Shown: piece by piece, positions 60,810 to 64,000 of the stretch
How the letters are laid out: each line of letters opens with the position of its first letter
Numbering within the stretch: the first letter of the stretch is position 1
IMG/VR virus record: IMGVR_UViG_3300034816_000006
Span: 12,196-76,195 of that record
Strand: one strand, 5' to 3'
DNA: 64,000 nt
From: a virus
The notes under the pieces: generated by a model
Seen by the model: the letters and a program-made list of their open reading frames with translations, nothing else
What the model was told of the DNA's origin: nothing
Database searches by the model: none
Made by a program: the position numbers and the translations under genes

Positions 60810-62354
60810 ATGTCAAGCACCGCCTTTGTGACGCTTGCCGAGGCCACCGGCCTACTGATCGCGCGCGAGACCTCGCTGGGCACGCAGCCCACGGCCGGCT
60901 GGCAGACGCTGCAGCCGAATGCCGGCAAGCTGAGCAACTTCTACCTGCACACGGTGACGAAGGCCCGTGAGCCGCTCACCAAGCAGCGACAGATGGAAGC
61001 GCCAGAGATCGTCGACGCCAACGCGAATCCCGGCGTCGGCCACGACCTGCTCAAGGATCTGATCGACGCGACGGCGGACGGCTGGTTGCTGACCGTGTTC
61101 AAGGGTAGCGGCGGCACCGGCACTGCGTACTGGTCCAACACGCTAGCGACCGCGACGATCACGGCGCGGACCTCGACGGCGTACACCGTCACCGCGGGCG
61201 GCGCGCTGCAGGCTGGCACGCTCGTCGTGCCCCGCGGCTGGGTCACGGGGGCCAATGCGACCGCGAATGGTACGCTCCAGGTCGTCGGCGCGGCGTCGAG
61301 CAGCACGTCCATCACCGTGGCCTCCGGTGTCGCCGAGACCCCGGCCGGCGCATACCCGGTCACGCTCGAGGTTGCGGGATTCCGCGGCGCTTCGGGCGAC
61401 ATCCAGATCGACGGCAGCGGTGACATCATCTCGACCGTTGCGGACTTCACCACGATGGGCCTCAGCGTCGGCCAGTGGCTATGGGTCGGCGGTACGGCGG
61501 GCGGCGCGACCGCGTTTGCGACGGCTGCGTATCGGGGCTTCGCCAAGATCAAGGGGCCGATCACGGCGACCAAGATCCCGCTCGAGCGCCGGTCCTGGAC
61601 CGTCGGTAGTGCAGACACCGGAAGCAGCAAGACGATCGATCTGTACTGGGGCCGCTGGATCCGCAACGTCGCGTTCGGGCACGCCGACTACCTGATGAGC
61701 AGCTACCAGATGGAGCTGACGTACACGGGTCTCAGCGGCGGCACCGTCGACGAGTACATCTATGCGGCCGGCAACGTGTTCGACCAGGTGAAGTTCAACA
61801 TCGGCGAGCAAGCGCTCGTCGACTGCGATCTCAGCTTCATCGGCACGACCATCACGAAGCCAGCCACGACCAGGGCCACCGGGGCTAGCACGGCGGCGGC
61901 GCCGCTCGCGATCCAGAGCTTCAACTCGGTGAACAAGGTCCTGCGTGAGAAGGTCGCGATCAAGGCGACTGACGTCGTGGTCGCCGACGACATCGAGAGC
62001 GCAGGCATCACGATCATGAACCACGTCACGCCTCAGAAGCAGCATGGCACGCTGGGCACTAAGCGTGACGTGGTCGGCAAGGTCGAGGCGAGCGCGGATC
62101 TGACCGTGGCGCTGACCCAGGACGATGCGATCAAGGCGTGCCAGGACAACACGACGCTCACCTACGACATCGGGCTGCGCAACGACGACATGGGTATGTT
62201 GTTCGACATGCCCAGCTGCAAGTGCACCGACGCGCCGCCGAGCTTCCCGGCGAACGGTCCGGTTTCCCTGGCACTCAAACTGGCAGGGTTCCGCGACGCG
62301 ACCGGCAACTACACCGTCGGGATCTCGCTGTTCCCATTCTTGCCGACGGCGTAG
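60810..62354 (+). CDS. Major tail tube protein (with inserted decorative domain)
   Basis: Thr/Gly-rich 514 aa between terminator and chaperone; ARETSLGT.P...W and FDMPSCK motifs. Confidence 0.8.
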   Translation: MSSTAFVTLAEATGLLIARETSLGTQPTAGWQTLQPNAGKLSNFYLHTVTKAREPLTKQRQMEAPEIVDANANPGVGHDLLKDLIDATADGWLLTVFKGSGGTGTAYWSNTLATATITARTSTAYTVTAGGALQAGTLVVPRGWVTGANATANGTLQVVGAASSSTSITVASGVAETPAGAYPVTLEVAGFRGASGDIQIDGSGDIISTVADFTTMGLSVGQWLWVGGTAGGATAFATAAYRGFAKIKGPITATKIPLERRSWTVGSADTGSSKTIDLYWGRWIRNVAFGHADYLMSSYQMELTYTGLSGGTVDEYIYAAGNVFDQVKFNIGEQALVDCDLSFIGTTITKPATTRATGASTAAAPLAIQSFNSVNKVLREKVAIKATDVVVADDIESAGITIMNHVTPQKQHGTLGTKRDVVGKVEASADLTVALTQDDAIKACQDNTTLTYDIGLRNDDMGMLFDMPSCKCTDAPPSFPANGPVSLALKLAGFRDATGNYTVGISLFPFLPTA

Positions 62355-62357
62355 CCC

Positions 62358-62396
62358 GGATCGCCCCGAGTAGAGTCATCGTCGCACGATCCGATC
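62358..62396 (+). promoter_or_regulatory. Late promoter (tail chaperone/tape measure)
   Basis: GGATCGCCCC at -39; CACGAT-N6-GTG 62397. Confidence 0.65.
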
Positions 62397-62891
62397 GTGC
62401 CCCTCGACTTTGGTTTCGCCCGCTTTGACCTGAACCAGATCACGCAGCGCATCGAGCTGCCCGAGATCTCGCCCGACCCCGCGGCGCCGATCGTGCTCAT
62501 CGTGCGCTGCAGCGTGAACCGCGAGTTCAGCGCTGCGCTGTTCAAGCAGCTACAGGAGAACGAGGCCGCAGCAAAGGACAAGCCGGCCGATGCCCCGGCG
62601 AGCACCGCGCTCGTTGCGCCGACCGTCGAGGACGAGGCCGCGATCCGCCGCCGTCAGGCGCAGCTCTACGCCGGAACCGTGCTGGTCGGATGGGAGCGGC
62701 TCACCGATGGCGGCAAGCCCGTCGCATTCTCGCTTGAGGTCGCCGAGGAACTACTGATCCAGTTGATGACCCACGTGCCGGACATCTGGAACCGGCGGGT
62801 GCGCGACTTTGTGAACGAGGTCAAGAACTTCCGTCCGGTCGGCGCCGTGGTCGACCCGGTCGACCTGGGAAAAGAGCCGCCGCGTGGCTGA
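62397..62891 (+). CDS. Tail assembly chaperone (G)
   Basis: VLVGWE...FS.E.A..L motif; position before the tape measure. Confidence 0.8.
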   Translation: MPLDFGFARFDLNQITQRIELPEISPDPAAPIVLIVRCSVNREFSAALFKQLQENEAAAKDKPADAPASTALVAPTVEDEAAIRRRQAQLYAGTVLVGWERLTDGGKPVAFSLEVAEELLIQLMTHVPDIWNRRVRDFVNEVKNFRPVGAVVDPVDLGKEPPRG

Positions 62892-63271
62892 CCTGGGACA
62901 GGGCCAACGCGGCGAAGCTGTCCGACCTGCGGCGCCGACGCGAGACGCTGGCCGGTCCTGCTCTGGTGCAGAATCAGCGACTCACCGACAGCCTGCTCGC
63001 CACCGAGCCGCCGCGCGACTACGCGGTGAACCAAGTCCTGCACTGCTGGGCCGACATGAGCACGGAGCGTGCGATCGGCATGGCTGCCGGTCCGGTACCA
63101 TGGCACGCGATCCGCGACTGGTGTGCGTTCCATTTCGGCGACGACCGCGATGCGGCGCAGCTGATGATCACCGTGATCCGCAAGCTGGACGACGACCGGG
63201 CGCGTGCTCAGGCGGCCGAGATGACGCAGCGCCAAGCGCTCGGGCCCGGGGCGGCCAGGGGTAGAACATGA
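62867..63271 (+). CDS. Tail assembly chaperone -1 frameshift extension (G-T)
   Basis: Slippery G GGA AAA at 62867-62873; -1 frame open to 63271, containing ERAIGMAAGPVPWHAIRDWC. Confidence 0.8.
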   Translation, partial: GKRAAAWLTWDRANAAKLSDLRRRRETLAGPALVQNQRLTDSLLATEPPRDYAVNQVLHCWADMSTERAIGMAAGPVPWHAIRDWCAFHFGDDRDAAQLMITVIRKLDDDRARAQAAEMTQRQALGPGAARGRT

Positions 63272-64000
63272 GCCTCGACATCCAGGTCAGGATCGACACC
63301 AGTACCGTCGGACCCGAGCCCACCAAGGTCGCTGCGGACCTCGACAAGGTCACCGACGCCGAGGCTGCGGCTGCGGACGGCGCGAAGAAGCTTGCGGGCG
63401 GCCTGACCGAGCTCGGCGAAGCGTTCGGCGTCAGCAGTAAGGCAAGTTCCGCGGCTGGCGACAGCACCGAGAAGTTGACCGGCCTGACCGGGCGGCAGCT
63501 CAAGATCCTGCAGGACCTCCAGGCGCCGGCGAAGGAGTGGGGCGAGCAGCTCAAGGCACTCAAGGGCCTGACGGACATCGGCGCGATCTCGACGCAGCAG
63601 TACGAGCAGTTGCTGATCAAGTTGCAGCAGACGACCGGCCAGACTTCGAGCATCGAGGCGCAGGCCGCACTCGCGCTGGAGCGTCAGGCAGCCGTGCTCG
63701 AGCGCATCCGCGGGCCGATGCAGCAGTACGAGCAGGACGTCGCCGCGCTCGACGCGCTTATGCACAAGGGCACGCTGACCGCGATCGAGTACGAGAACGA
63801 GTTCCAGCGGCTCGCGAAGCAGTACGGCACGATGCATGGGCCGGTTGCTCCGGGACCTGCCCTGCCGAAGCCGGAAGCCGAGACCGACGGTGGCGTCGGG
63901 GCGCTTGCTGGGGGGCTCGGTCAGGCCGGGGTCGTCCTTGCCGGAGGGGCGCTTGGGGCCGCTGCCATTGGTCTCGGTCAACATGTCTCTGGCCTCATCG
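63268..64000 (+). CDS. Tape measure protein (3'-truncated)
   Basis: ATG 63268 (MSLDIQVRIDT...) overlaps the G-T stop; Ala/Gln-rich helical sequence open to the window end. Confidence 0.8.
   Translation, partial: MSLDIQVRIDTSTVGPEPTKVAADLDKVTDAEAAAADGAKKLAGGLTELGEAFGVSSKASSAAGDSTEKLTGLTGRQLKILQDLQAPAKEWGEQLKALKGLTDIGAISTQQYEQLLIKLQQTTGQTSSIEAQAALALERQAAVLERIRGPMQQYEQDVAALDALMHKGTLTAIEYENEFQRLAKQYGTMHGPVAPGPALPKPEAETDGGVGALAGGLGQAGVVLAGGALGAAAIGLGQHVSGLI

Noticed and set aside
1-64000. Integrated prophage with host flanks; DGR/retron; complete RiPP gene cluster; phage sigma factor or DNA polymerase
   Set aside because: No host housekeeping genes, reverse transcriptase, lanthionine synthetase/transporter, sigma or polymerase motifs were recognised. 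The unseen part of the genome (tape measure to tail spike) could not be examined.

Overview
The window is about 64 kb of a single high-GC temperate tailed phage (siphovirus-type), with no host genes. It opens inside a beta-helix tail-spike gene followed by the lysis cassette (holin, lipoprotein, amidase endolysin). A long leftward early region follows, containing an apparently intact attP, tyrosine integrase, excisionase, SLOG, DUF1643, PD-(D/E)XK exonuclease, RecT-like SSAP, SSB and dozens of small ORFs. Next come a cI/cro-type switch with four 17-bp operators and a rightward replication region (MT-A70 methylase, DnaN clamp, PAPS-reductase-like protein, SF2 helicase, VRR-NUC, primase-polymerase/VirE, probable ori). 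After accessory cassettes come packaging, head and tail genes up to the start of the tape measure. The host is inferred, not shown, to be a diderm, possibly Myxococcota. Highlights: (1) a 139-nt tRNA-like RNA with an intact tRNA tertiary core and Ala identity (G3-U70, A73) but a rebuilt anticodon arm and a ~63-nt insert; (2) two orphan double-glycine lanthipeptide-like precursor genes with no maturase in the window; (3) a late promoter motif, (G/T)(A/G)ATCGCCCC, exactly 39 nt before the start codons of apparently leaderless structural genes; (4) an 878-aa His-rich/basic putative head-packaged polyprotein; (5) three paralogous Acr/Aca-like cassettes; (6) an antisense tail-fibre-like gene; (7) a -1 frameshift in the tail chaperone. 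All family assignments come from motif recognition by eye; no database searches were run.
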